A stretch of 63,458 nucleotides of DNA, the filler included, from Trichomonas gallinae (lineage: Eukaryota): assembly GCA_008369845.1 (NCBI GenBank). It is 6 parts of 6 records of this genome, joined end to end, with 100 filler letters (N's around TTAATTAATTAA, not from the genome) between each part and the next. Parts side by side here need not be neighbours in the genome. Positions count along the whole stretch, not along the records: positions 1 to 17,459 come from MRSU01000318.1; 5 more parts are not named here. One strand, 5' to 3'. The notes beneath the pieces are model-generated. The model saw only the letters and a list, made by a program, of their open reading frames with translations. It did no database searches and had not been told where the DNA came from. A program made the translations under genes and the position numbers. This document shows positions 1 to 10,109 of the stretch, in pieces. Numbering within the stretch: the stretch's first letter is position 1; each line of letters starts with the position of its first letter.

Positions 1-131
1 AACAGACGTACGGCGAGGAAAGTTGCCGTTAGAGATCATATTCCCCTATGCCATATGTATCCAACAGGCATGGTTTCGAGTCGATCTAGAAAGGCGGAGG
101 GAGTTCCCCAACCCCCCCTTTTTTTTTTTTT
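1..131 (+). ncRNA. Possible 3' end of a structured non-coding RNA (unidentified), ending in an oligo-T tract
   Basis: GC-rich island in AT-rich DNA. Stems ACGGCGA(10-16)/TTGCCGT(23-29), CTATGCC(46-52)/GGCATGG(67-73) and AGATC(33-37)/GATCT(83-87), then C7 and a T13 run (Pol III-like terminator). Truncated by the window start; no family recognised. Confidence 0.35.
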
Positions 132-366
132 AATTATATTTTCATATGTAATTCCATCCTGTATGATTTTGCACTAGAATCACTAGAAGACATTTCATTA
201 TTTGCAAAATTTGATATCATTTTGAGACATACAAAATCTGACTTTGCCGTACAATCTTCATACAAAAAGTCGGACTCAAAATCCTTTCAAAATAAATTCA
301 TAGTCGTGAATTTCAAAATAAGTATAAAATACACATGTTTACTCTATATTCTCTCAAATATCATTA

Positions 367-882
367 TCACCAAAACTTTGGTAACTCTTCGTTTGAAATC
401 TTCTTATCTGGAATGATGAATACCATATTATCCGTTTTCTTTTCCTCTTCTTGAGGCATCACTTTCAATATCTTCCTTTCGTATCTCATCATGTTTAAAT
501 CTTTGAGTCTTAAATACTCATTTCTAAAGCTATTATCACTGATTTTCCGCAAAGAAAACCTCATATCAGAATATATCATTTGCTCTCTTTGTGATTGTAT
601 TATTCCATTGATTCTGTCTGTGCAATTTATGTCTTTTATATCACTTGTGACATAGATGATATCATCATTTTTAATGTCATAGAATTCAAATCTCATTGTC
701 TTCTGTAGCAATTTGCCGTTCATGATGTAAAAGTTGCTTCTTTGGTAAACTTTGTCTAATATTCCTATTCTAGAATTCTTTGTTACTACAACTACCTTTG
801 TTCCTCTGTTCTGGTCGCATAGATAAATCTGAGTCTTGGAAGATGTTTCTATTTGTGACATTACATCTTCCGACAGAAGCAT
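367..882 (-). CDS. Small protein with a divergent ubiquitin-like domain
   Basis: 171-aa ORF. YIMNGKLLQKTMRFEFYDIKNDDIIYV resembles the Ubl pattern lifnGk.L...tl..y.I...d.i.v. An Inr-like TCATTT lies 6 nt upstream of the ATG. Confidence 0.6.
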   Translation of the reverse strand: MLLSEDVMSQIETSSKTQIYLCDQNRGTKVVVVTKNSRIGILDKVYQRSNFYIMNGKLLQKTMRFEFYDIKNDDIIYVTSDIKDINCTDRINGIIQSQREQMIYSDMRFSLRKISDNSFRNEYLRLKDLNMMRYERKILKVMPQEEEKKTDNMVFIIPDKKISNEELPKFW

Positions 883-1186
883 AAGACTAAATGAGATGAA
901 AAATTGATTCGTCGATTATTTTTAATTGAATTTATACGGGCGTGATGACGCATTTTATATATTTTAAAACAATCACTATCTTGTTTATGACTATATTTAT
1001 TGATTGAAAATCGATTCAAAATAATCGTGTTCTCTGAAATTTTCATAATTCGTCACTTTTTGCAAAAATGTTATCATTGGATTTTTTAAAAAAGTCGTCA
1101 ATATAAACTGAACATAAAATATAGTAATAATACACATAACTTTAACATTAACACTAAAATTACAATAATAGAAATAATATTTCTTA

Positions 1187-4075
1187 TTAATCAGAATCAG
1201 ATACAGACATGAAACGATCTTTTCGCGGTTTCCTTGATTCTAATTCCCCTTTTGGAGATTTGATCTTCTTTTTGTCCTTGCCTTTTGCTTTTTCATCATC
1301 TCTTGCAGAAGATTTACATTTATCTTTAGATTTTGGCTTTTCATCTTCAGAATAACGTGCAGAAGACTTTCTTTTATCCTTTGCCTTTGGTTTTTCATTA
1401 TCTTCCACATTATTATAATCTCTTGCTGTTGACTTCCTCTTTTCTTTACGCTTGTCATTGTCATCATATTCGAGCTTACTCTTTGAATGTTTGACGTCAT
1501 CTCGGTCGATTGTCTTTGCTTTATTTTTATCATTTCCAGCATATGATTTTCTCCTTTTGTCTTCAGGATCTGGGGTTTTTCCACGCTTATTGGCCTTTGT
1601 GTCTTCTTCCTGAGCTGAAGTTTTCCTTCGATATCTTGCTTCATTTGATTTATCTGGCTTAGCACTTGAATTTCTTTCCTTCTTATCATCATTTTTGTCC
1701 TTCTTTGCATTGGAATCTTTTTCTTTTGATTTCTTATCTTTATTATTATCATCTTTTATATCTTCTGACCTTGATTTGTGTTTATCTTGAGATTTGGACC
1801 TATACTTATCATCCTTGTGCTTATCTTTGCGTTTTTCATGATCATCATTTTTATATTTATGTTTATCTTGAGATTTCGGTCTATTTTTATCATCTTTGTC
1901 TTTTTGTTTGGCATATGATGCTTTCTCTTGTTTAGAAGTTGATTCTCTTCGAGATTTTGCATCTGATGATTTCGCATCGGATTTTCTGGTTGAATTATGA
2001 GCAGAATCGGATTGCTTTGTCTTTGATACTGAAATTTCCGTTGAATCTCTGTTTTCTGAAAATTTTAATAATTTTGCAGATTGTTGTGGTTTTATCATCT
2101 GCCTCTGCGGCTGAGCCTTTCCATATTTGACGATAGATGAATCACCTTCTTTCATTTTCGCATGTTTTTGTTTTGCTATTTCGATATCTTGGTCTGTCGC
2201 GTCTCCGTATTGTAAAATGTCCCTCATTTCTTGTTCTGGCCATTCTATGATAAATTTCCTATGATTTGATCTTATGGTATCGAAAAATTCTGTATAAGCG
2301 TCTAAATCAACTATATCGTTGCCATCAATTGCAGCGTATTGTAAGCTTTTGTTTGTTTGTAGACATTCGGCGAGTAAATGAAGTAAAACTGGTCCAACGT
2401 GATGTTTTCTCAATCCGATTCTTCTCACGGTCATGTTTTCGGCTATAGCAGATAAAATTGTCGCTAATCCTATCTTTCCCAGATGTTTTCTTGGTGTTCC
2501 TCTTATAGATAAAACTTGCAATGATTTTGTTTTCTTTATCATGTCTTTTAGATACAATCTGATTTCTTTATCTTCAGGTCCTTCAGCCAGGCAACCGTTT
2601 ATTACCAAAATTTGTAGGTTGTTGCACTTCAAAAGATATTTCAATAAATTTACTTCCATTGGATTCTCGCTCCAAACAAATTCTTTCAAGTTTGGTGACT
2701 TTTTGCGGCCAATTGTTGCGAAAAATCTTTCCCATTGAGATTTCGAAAGTCTCGCCTTAGAGAAATCGTATGAATTGCATTTTGAGTCTATTAAGCAGTT
2801 GAAAAGATTAATAAAACTCGACTCTTCCCAAGCAATGTTTGAAATTGAAATTGATATTAATGAATCTGGGAGAATTATGTCATCTGGAATGATACTGACG
2901 TTTATGTTGCTGTCTAATGTGACAACAGATAATTTTGCATTGGAAACTTTAGATAATGAAATAAAGAATTCTGATAATTCAACGTGGCAGTCTGTAAGGC
3001 TTAATTGTTCGACATTTGCAAGGTGAGGAATGAGATTTTCGATATCTACACCGTATGAGCCATCAATTGTTAAATTCGTGATGTTTTGGAATCCGGATTC
3101 TCTAAATACCGAGAAAAATGGAATTACGACGTTTTCTGAGAAGCAGTTTGTGAGATTAAGTGTTGGAACTGGATGATGACCGATTAAACGTGCGAAATCT
3201 TCTTTCTGCGAGACTTGAAATTCGCAATCTTTAAAATTTAGTTCTGTAACTGCAAGTTTTTGATTTTCACAGTAGTTGTTGACAAATTTCTTAAAAGAAA
3301 CAGGCATTTTGCCTTCAAACGTGAGAGATGTAACGAATTCATTACTTTTCATCATATCTCCAATAATTTCGCATCCATCTGACATAACATCTTTTCCATC
3401 TGTATATACATGGAATTGTTTCGAGCATGGTATGATTATGTTGTTGATAGAAGGCTTAAATTTCAAACTGCTTAAAAATTGAGGCAAAAAATCAATGATA
3501 TGAATGATTTGATCCAATCGAAACGTATCCTGCTTGGTTATAAAGAAGTCAAAAACGGCCTTTTTCGCTTCGTAAGACAAAGTATATCCGATTTTCCATA
3601 ATTGTAGTTGCATTCTCAAAATGAGTTGATTTTTGTTTACATCTCTCCTTGGTACTGAAGGATCGAAGGTTATTTCGGGCCTTTCTTCTTCAAGAAAACC
3701 ACCGAGGAAAATTGAATCTAATTTTTGTATGATTAAAGACAATAAATCACCTTTTAAACGCAACATGTACTTATTTGGATCATCTTCTTCCGTTGGCTCA
3801 CCGTATTTTATTGTTAATATCGGATCTTTGCTAACATCGATTGATTTGATATCAAAATACGAAATATGTAATTTCTCTTGTACTATATTTTTAAATCTTT
3901 CCTTTTCGTAAAGATATATTTCGTAATTTGTTAATATAATGAAACGAGATTGGCCAATATTGTGCCTGTTGACTTTGTCTATCCACCCCATCAATACCGT
4001 TTTATTTTCCTGGTTTTTAACAAGGTCAACGATATCTTCTGGAAGAAAAACAAAGTACTGCTCATTATCTTGCAT
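1187..4075 (-). CDS. CARMIL-like leucine-rich repeat protein (N-terminal PH-like domain, RI-type LRRs, Lys/Asp-rich tail)
   Basis: N-terminal KVNRHNIGQSRFIILTNYEIYLY is PH-like. RI-class LRRs follow (LQVLSIRG, NMTVRRIGLRKHHVG, NKSLQYAAIDGNDI), then about 290 aa of charged low-complexity tail. First ATG is at 4075; the track start at 4111 is GTG. Confidence 0.75.
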   Translation of the reverse strand: MQDNEQYFVFLPEDIVDLVKNQENKTVLMGWIDKVNRHNIGQSRFIILTNYEIYLYEKERFKNIVQEKLHISYFDIKSIDVSKDPILTIKYGEPTEEDDPNKYMLRLKGDLLSLIIQKLDSIFLGGFLEEERPEITFDPSVPRRDVNKNQLILRMQLQLWKIGYTLSYEAKKAVFDFFITKQDTFRLDQIIHIIDFLPQFLSSLKFKPSINNIIIPCSKQFHVYTDGKDVMSDGCEIIGDMMKSNEFVTSLTFEGKMPVSFKKFVNNYCENQKLAVTELNFKDCEFQVSQKEDFARLIGHHPVPTLNLTNCFSENVVIPFFSVFRESGFQNITNLTIDGSYGVDIENLIPHLANVEQLSLTDCHVELSEFFISLSKVSNAKLSVVTLDSNINVSIIPDDIILPDSLISISISNIAWEESSFINLFNCLIDSKCNSYDFSKARLSKSQWERFFATIGRKKSPNLKEFVWSENPMEVNLLKYLLKCNNLQILVINGCLAEGPEDKEIRLYLKDMIKKTKSLQVLSIRGTPRKHLGKIGLATILSAIAENMTVRRIGLRKHHVGPVLLHLLAECLQTNKSLQYAAIDGNDIVDLDAYTEFFDTIRSNHRKFIIEWPEQEMRDILQYGDATDQDIEIAKQKHAKMKEGDSSIVKYGKAQPQRQMIKPQQSAKLLKFSENRDSTEISVSKTKQSDSAHNSTRKSDAKSSDAKSRRESTSKQEKASYAKQKDKDDKNRPKSQDKHKYKNDDHEKRKDKHKDDKYRSKSQDKHKSRSEDIKDDNNKDKKSKEKDSNAKKDKNDDKKERNSSAKPDKSNEARYRRKTSAQEEDTKANKRGKTPDPEDKRRKSYAGNDKNKAKTIDRDDVKHSKSKLEYDDNDKRKEKRKSTARDYNNVEDNEKPKAKDKRKSSARYSEDEKPKSKDKCKSSARDDEKAKGKDKKKIKSPKGELESRKPRKDRFMSVSDSD

Positions 4076-4788
4076 TAATTTTTTGTTTTCACTGGACAAA
4101 TAAAACCTCACATAACAACTATTTGCGTCATGTATATATTAATATCAAAAAATTAAGCAAAATGGTGGAAAATGAAATTCGAAATGCATTATTAATAATA
4201 TACATATATTTTTCACATCAGTTTTACATATTTTTGAGCTTTTTATATTGTGTTTTAATTACCACAGTTTCACTATTGCAATATTTTATTCATCAAAAAT
4301 ATATTTTGATCATCATGAATTTACTATTATATATTTTATTGTAAAAACTATTTCCTTTTATATTGTATTTTGAAAATAGGATTTTGTTTCTATTTTTGAT
4401 TTCGAAAAAAAAATTTGCTTTTAAAGCAAATTAGTGTTAAGCAAATAAATATTTATTCGATACTAAATATCTTTATTATATTGATATTTAATGATTTCGA
4501 AATTTAGAAATTGAAAAAAATGAAAAAATGGAGGAAAAGCATATTGATGTCAAACAAATAAATATTTAGGTGATTCTAAATATATTTATTCGATTTATTT
4601 TTTATGTATTCGAAAAAATAAAATTGGAGATAATGTAAAAATGCTCAAAAAGCGTTCGTTTTGAGAAAAATCGCATGTATAAATTATACATATTGCAAAA
4701 AAAGCAATAAAATCGAAACGAAATGCAATGAATAAAAATTGGGACGATAACTTTTGTAGACTGAAAATTGACAGCAGAAGAATAATTA

Positions 4789-5331
4789 ATGAAATCGGCG
4801 ATAAACGTGGTTGTTTTGGGAACAGGCGCTGTTGGCAAATCCTGTCTCAGCATTCGCTACATACAAAATTCGTTCGAAAAGGACTACGAACCAACAATCC
4901 AAAACACTTACAGTAAAGTTATTACTTTAGATCGAAAGACTTACCAGCTCGATATTCTCGATACGGCAGGAATGGAATCTGGCGATGTTTTCAAACCAAA
5001 GATGTTTAGAGAGGCAAATACCTTCATTTTAGTTTATGATATTACCGAAAGGTCTTCTTTTGATGCCCTCGAAACTATTCACGAGGATATCCTTAGAATT
5101 AGGGGCTCGGACCCAGCTCCAACTGCCGTTTTTGCAAACAAAGTTGACTTAGCTGAGGATCGTATAATTTCAACAGAAGAAGGACAGAAATTTGCTAAGT
5201 CCATTAATGCGGTATACTTCGAAACTTCTGCAAAAACAGCTGTTGGTGTTAATGAAGGATTCGAAGGGGCAGTCCGTGAATATCTTAAGACCCAAACACA
5301 AAAGAAGAAATCACTTTGTCTTTTAATTTAA
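4789..5331 (+). CDS. Ras/Rap-family small GTPase
   Basis: GTGAVGKS P-loop, YEPTI effector loop, LDTAGM, NKVD, ETSAK and C-terminal CaaX CLLI. Confidence 0.92.
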   Translation: MKSAINVVVLGTGAVGKSCLSIRYIQNSFEKDYEPTIQNTYSKVITLDRKTYQLDILDTAGMESGDVFKPKMFREANTFILVYDITERSSFDALETIHEDILRIRGSDPAPTAVFANKVDLAEDRIISTEEGQKFAKSINAVYFETSAKTAVGVNEGFEGAVREYLKTQTQKKKSLCLLI

Positions 5332-5734
5332 CCTGATTTTTTACTTAATGGACTGTAAATCACTTGATCATAAAACTTTTTGTCTACGGAAAAAAAATTT
5401 TTTATTCAAATTTAGTTTGATTGATTGCGAAACCAAATTTTTTGTTAATTTATGACCTCAGAAGCATAATAAACGTCTGAAATTTTATTGTTTTCGTCAG
5501 AAAAATATCAACGAAATCAATAAATACGGGTTTAGTTTTTTCGATAACATTTTTCTGACTCTGTATGCGATTATTAAAAGTTCCTTAACTTATTTTATGA
5601 TCAAAACCAAAAAAAAAATCAAAAATGAAAATAAACCTTGAAAACAAAAAATTACATGATAGATTAGTAGCCATGTGCAATATACTACATTGTTGTAATA
5701 ATAAAAAGACATTTTATATTTATTTTCTATATTA

Positions 5735-6307
5735 TTAACAGCAGCCGGACTTTGTACTACGAAGGCGAGGCCTTTGATCAGCAACTGCAGTATTTTCAGA
5801 CATCAGTAACTCTACTAAAGTATCAAACAGCTTTTGTATTCCAGTACCAGTCTTTGCTGATGTTAAAAAGAACGGATAATGCATCTCATCGGCCCACTCT
5901 TTCATTTTAGCGTTATCGACGACCTTTTTCGGAACATCTTCTTTATTAGCTGCAACGCAAATGAAAACTTTTTCTTTTACTGCGGATTTGAATATGTTAA
6001 GCCACGATTCTAAAGCATCTGCTGATTCTTGACTCGATTGATCGTAAACTAAAACTGCTGCATTCGAATCTCTATAATAAATTGAACCTAAAGATTTGTA
6101 TTTTTCCATTCCAGCTGTATCCCATATTTGCAATTCGACTGTTTTACCTTTATACTCTGTTTTATAAGGAATATAACCAGCACCGATAGTTGGTTGGTAA
6201 TCATCCTCGAAAACTTGAAACTGAAGCCTGTTCGCTATGGATGTCTTACCAACAGCAACAGCGCCGATCATAACAACCTTAAACTCATGTATTACTGGAT
6301 TTGTCAT
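5735..6307 (-). CDS. Rab-family small GTPase
   Basis: GAVAVGKT, PTIGA, WDTAGMEKYKSL, YYRDS, NKED, TSAK and C-terminal GCC. ATG is at 6307; the track start at 6328 is GTG. Confidence 0.92.
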   Translation of the reverse strand: MTNPVIHEFKVVMIGAVAVGKTSIANRLQFQVFEDDYQPTIGAGYIPYKTEYKGKTVELQIWDTAGMEKYKSLGSIYYRDSNAAVLVYDQSSQESADALESWLNIFKSAVKEKVFICVAANKEDVPKKVVDNAKMKEWADEMHYPFFLTSAKTGTGIQKLFDTLVELLMSENTAVADQRPRLRSTKSGCC

Positions 6308-7028
6308 TATCCTAGTAAAAATTGACACTTTTCTTTAACATCAAGTTCTGAAATTTTTATTGGATTGATCCGATTTTACTATTTTCCTTAAAATTATTTA
6401 TTTTATCATTTATTTAGCTGATCAATAAGGTTTTTAACCAATTTAGTAATTATGGCCTCGTTTTATTTGTTATCTTTTCAATTTTTGATAGAAAGAGGCC
6501 TTACTTATATTAATGGTAACCACAGTGACCTAAATGATCTAGTAATTCGGATATTTTCCTTAGCATTTTAACAATGCATAGGACATATTTTCTCGTGGAA
6601 ATAACGTAAGAATTGAATATCATTTTTCGAAAATCTATCAATTGTCATAAAATTTGTTTTTTAGATTACATAAATTCTAGATTTCATATATTAGTATTGA
6701 ATAACAGCTTCATTGCGTCACGAATATCGATCATTAACAATTTCGAATCAAAATTTGGATAAAACTGGAATATTAAGCTCTGTTATAACCATAAAATATA
6801 TTCATTATCATTATTATATTAGATTCATATATCCAATATATATATTATATCTCAATATTCCTTCAATAATAATATCAATGATAAAAATTAGTCATATTTC
6901 ATATAATACTAATATTCGTGGAATAAATTTGATCGATGAGTCAGCAAGTTATAGTAATGAATTATTTATTGCTCATGCTAATAGAAATTTACATAGCAGA
7001 AATATATTTTACGTGGCAAAATTAATTA

Positions 7029-9200
7029 ATGGCGAGGAAACTTTCGTTTGAGGATGCATATTCGCAAACATTTGGTTCCTTCGACCAAGGTGTAGATAGT
7101 GGGACATTTCTTGTGAAAATTGAAAATAGAGAAAGTGTAAATGGCGAAGTTCAAGTCATAGAAAACGAATTTAACATAGAACTATTCGGTCCATTCATGA
7201 TATTCGATCCTGTGATTGATAATAGTAATGTTTCAGTACCAAGTTTTAGTATATTCACATTATATTTTATGGTTAGATTAAATAGTTATTCTTGCAGCTT
7301 AGAATTCCTACCAGTATTCACAAGAGTCGCTTTTAATATTACAATTACTTTCAAATCCCTTTCAGAAGCTCAATATTGGATTAAAAAATTTAGATCCCTC
7401 CGAATTATGGCAAATAAAACAGATCAAATATTCCCACCAATTTCATGTCCGATAGTTTTATATGATCCGGCTACAAATCCTCAAAAAACAGATTTAGAAT
7501 TATCATTTATCAATAACAAAATCTCGATTATTACATCCTCGAACAAACTATTGTTCTCATTTAATGTATCAACAGAAACTAGTTTCATTTTTATTTCGCC
7601 ATTCAAGAATTACAAAGGAGACCATCGCGAATTTTCATTTACATTCATTCAGCCGAATTGGATTGATAAAGCAATCATATGCAACTCGAAATGGTCTCTC
7701 GCTCTTATAACTCTTACTATATACTTAATGACTTCTAGGACCTATGTACAGAATCTCAAGAAAATTAAAAATGAAATTATTTATGCTGCAAAAATCCCAA
7801 GCAGAGAACAAGATAACGAAAAGATTGATGAGATTAACCTGACTATTGAAGATCCAATACAAAAAGTATGTGAACCCTTTGATGTTTCGCCAAAACTTCA
7901 ATTTAAATCAGTTATTGTACCAGAAAAAGCGAGTTCAAGACTGGAATTGCTATCCTTCGAATTCAAACTTAACAGAAAAATCTATTTCACAAAGCTAAAT
8001 CATCAAATTCCTAAAAAAATCGCTCGAAATAAAAAATTTTATCAAAAAACACTTAAATTCGAGGATGAAGTAGCTAAATTGACTAATAATTATCCAATAG
8101 AAATCAATATTCAAACTGATACTGAAAAGAATGTTGAAAATACTCAAGATTCACAAAAAATTGATTATTTGTATGATTTCTTGAATCCTACTGTTGCAAG
8201 TCAAGAGATTCTTGATATATGCAAAGAATTCCAATTTGAAACAGAGCATTTGAGGAAAAGAGTCAATGGCTATCAGTTTTCGAAAGATTTAGGAAAACTC
8301 GTTATTGAATTAAGCAACTGTTGTTCGGTAGAAAACAGGAGCTTCTGTGAAATATGCTCTGGAATTGCACGAGTTTTATTAAAAGGAACAGATCATTCGA
8401 AATTTATTGATGAAATTCGCTCAATTGTTCCAAATTCTATCTCCAAATATATTCCAAACTATGATGTTGATATTAACAGCAAATTAACGTTCTTCGTTGC
8501 TAGATTAATGATAACAAAGAATTTTTCGAAATTTATTCATATCATCATGAAAGAATATAACTGGAGATGTAGAATATATAGACCTACAGCGCCAATGTAC
8601 TCATCAATTTTCATTGAACTTCTAATTGCAGCTGTTTTACCGATTTTTTCGATGAAATTTACAGGAACACTCAAATATGATGTGTTAGTTAACAACAAGT
8701 GGAGCAAGGATTTCTATCCACCTTCTCAAAAGCTTGCAAAACACATTAATGAAATCAAGAAAATTTTAAACCAAGAAACACCAGAAAACATTCAGAATAT
8801 CATTCACGAATTCGTAAATATAATTATAAACGACTTTATGTCGGCTTATATAGCTCCCAAACCATGTCCTCTGCAATTCATGAGAAATTCATGGTATTGT
8901 TTCGTTCTAGGTGCATCTAGATTTGAAAACTTCTCTATAAACCTCATGCGTGAGGCTGTTGAGTCTTATACAATACTTTTGAAAGATCCAAATTCGATGC
9001 AAGAGAGTTTATTGATGCAAGGCCTGAAGAAAGGCTTATGTGGTACATGGTGTCTTGCAGCAATAATTGCAGGTCGTGAAGAAAAAGTTTTTGATCGAGA
9101 TTCATTTTTATTCGATGATGTCGAAATGTTGGTTTATATAGATAACATCCATGAATATTCGAAGATTATTGCAGATCTTTCCTATGATTTGACGTTTTAA
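7029..9200 (+). CDS. 723-aa protein, probable PH-like N-terminus plus two RUN domains
   Basis: SLSEAQYWIKKF resembles a PH terminal helix. FFVARLMITKNFSKFIHIIMKEYNWRCRIYRPTAPM...LLIAAVLPIFSMKF and SLLMQGLKKGLCGTWC...VFDRDSFLFD both resemble the RUN core. Recognised by eye. Confidence 0.55.
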   Translation: MARKLSFEDAYSQTFGSFDQGVDSGTFLVKIENRESVNGEVQVIENEFNIELFGPFMIFDPVIDNSNVSVPSFSIFTLYFMVRLNSYSCSLEFLPVFTRVAFNITITFKSLSEAQYWIKKFRSLRIMANKTDQIFPPISCPIVLYDPATNPQKTDLELSFINNKISIITSSNKLLFSFNVSTETSFIFISPFKNYKGDHREFSFTFIQPNWIDKAIICNSKWSLALITLTIYLMTSRTYVQNLKKIKNEIIYAAKIPSREQDNEKIDEINLTIEDPIQKVCEPFDVSPKLQFKSVIVPEKASSRLELLSFEFKLNRKIYFTKLNHQIPKKIARNKKFYQKTLKFEDEVAKLTNNYPIEINIQTDTEKNVENTQDSQKIDYLYDFLNPTVASQEILDICKEFQFETEHLRKRVNGYQFSKDLGKLVIELSNCCSVENRSFCEICSGIARVLLKGTDHSKFIDEIRSIVPNSISKYIPNYDVDINSKLTFFVARLMITKNFSKFIHIIMKEYNWRCRIYRPTAPMYSSIFIELLIAAVLPIFSMKFTGTLKYDVLVNNKWSKDFYPPSQKLAKHINEIKKILNQETPENIQNIIHEFVNIIINDFMSAYIAPKPCPLQFMRNSWYCFVLGASRFENFSINLMREAVESYTILLKDPNSMQESLLMQGLKKGLCGTWCLAAIIAGREEKVFDRDSFLFDDVEMLVYIDNIHEYSKIIADLSYDLTF

Positions 9201-10109
9201 TCATGTATTTTTGTTTTGTATATTATATAAATGTTTATTTAGTACGTAATCTTGATATTGTATATAGCTACGTTTCCCCTAATGGATTGGAATCTGCTGA
9301 AATCGATTAATCTTGATTTGTGAGGTTTAATATTGACAAATATCTGTAAAATGAAGTAATGACCGAATGATCGTTCCAACTATGAACTAATGAAGATAAG
9401 AAGCATAATATGGATCAATTAAATCGACAAATCAAGGAAGAAATTTTTCATCAAAAATATAAATCGGTTATCAAGGTTTTGTGATTATAAATTATAATAT
9501 GTAGATGATAAATATTTATTTTATGAAACCTCAAATAGTGATTTGACCAATCGAGGAATCGACCGAATTGACCAAAAGATTCCACAATTTTAATTGGATT
9601 TCTAGTCATTCCGTAATTATTGGATAGCATTATACTGATAAAATCAAAAATTAATCATGTTGATCAAATATTTGAGACAAAATGGAAAATTGCATTAGTC
9701 GATTCACTTGTTTACAGGAAACGAATTTATTGACAAAGTTCAAGCTCGATTCGTCTCTCAATTTTTTTGGTTGATTATTAATCGTATCATTATTAAATTT
9801 TTAGTATTTTACGGGCGTGTCAGCACATCAAAATAAACAGATTATAATATATATCTCATATAGTTAATTAATTTTTGGCAAATAAAATATCATCATTTTC
9901 TGAGGTTATAAGAATTTTTGGAAAGTGAAGTGAAATAAAAATCATAAATAAAAGAAGAACTATGTTCTAGAATGCTAATATCGTTTTTGGAAAAAGATCG
10001 AAAAATTGAATTGAAATTAATCGTTATATCTCAAATTTGATGAAATATTTTGAAAAAACTGATCGGACTTTTTTATGTAAACATCAGAAAATGACTTCAT
10101 TTTTTGGAA

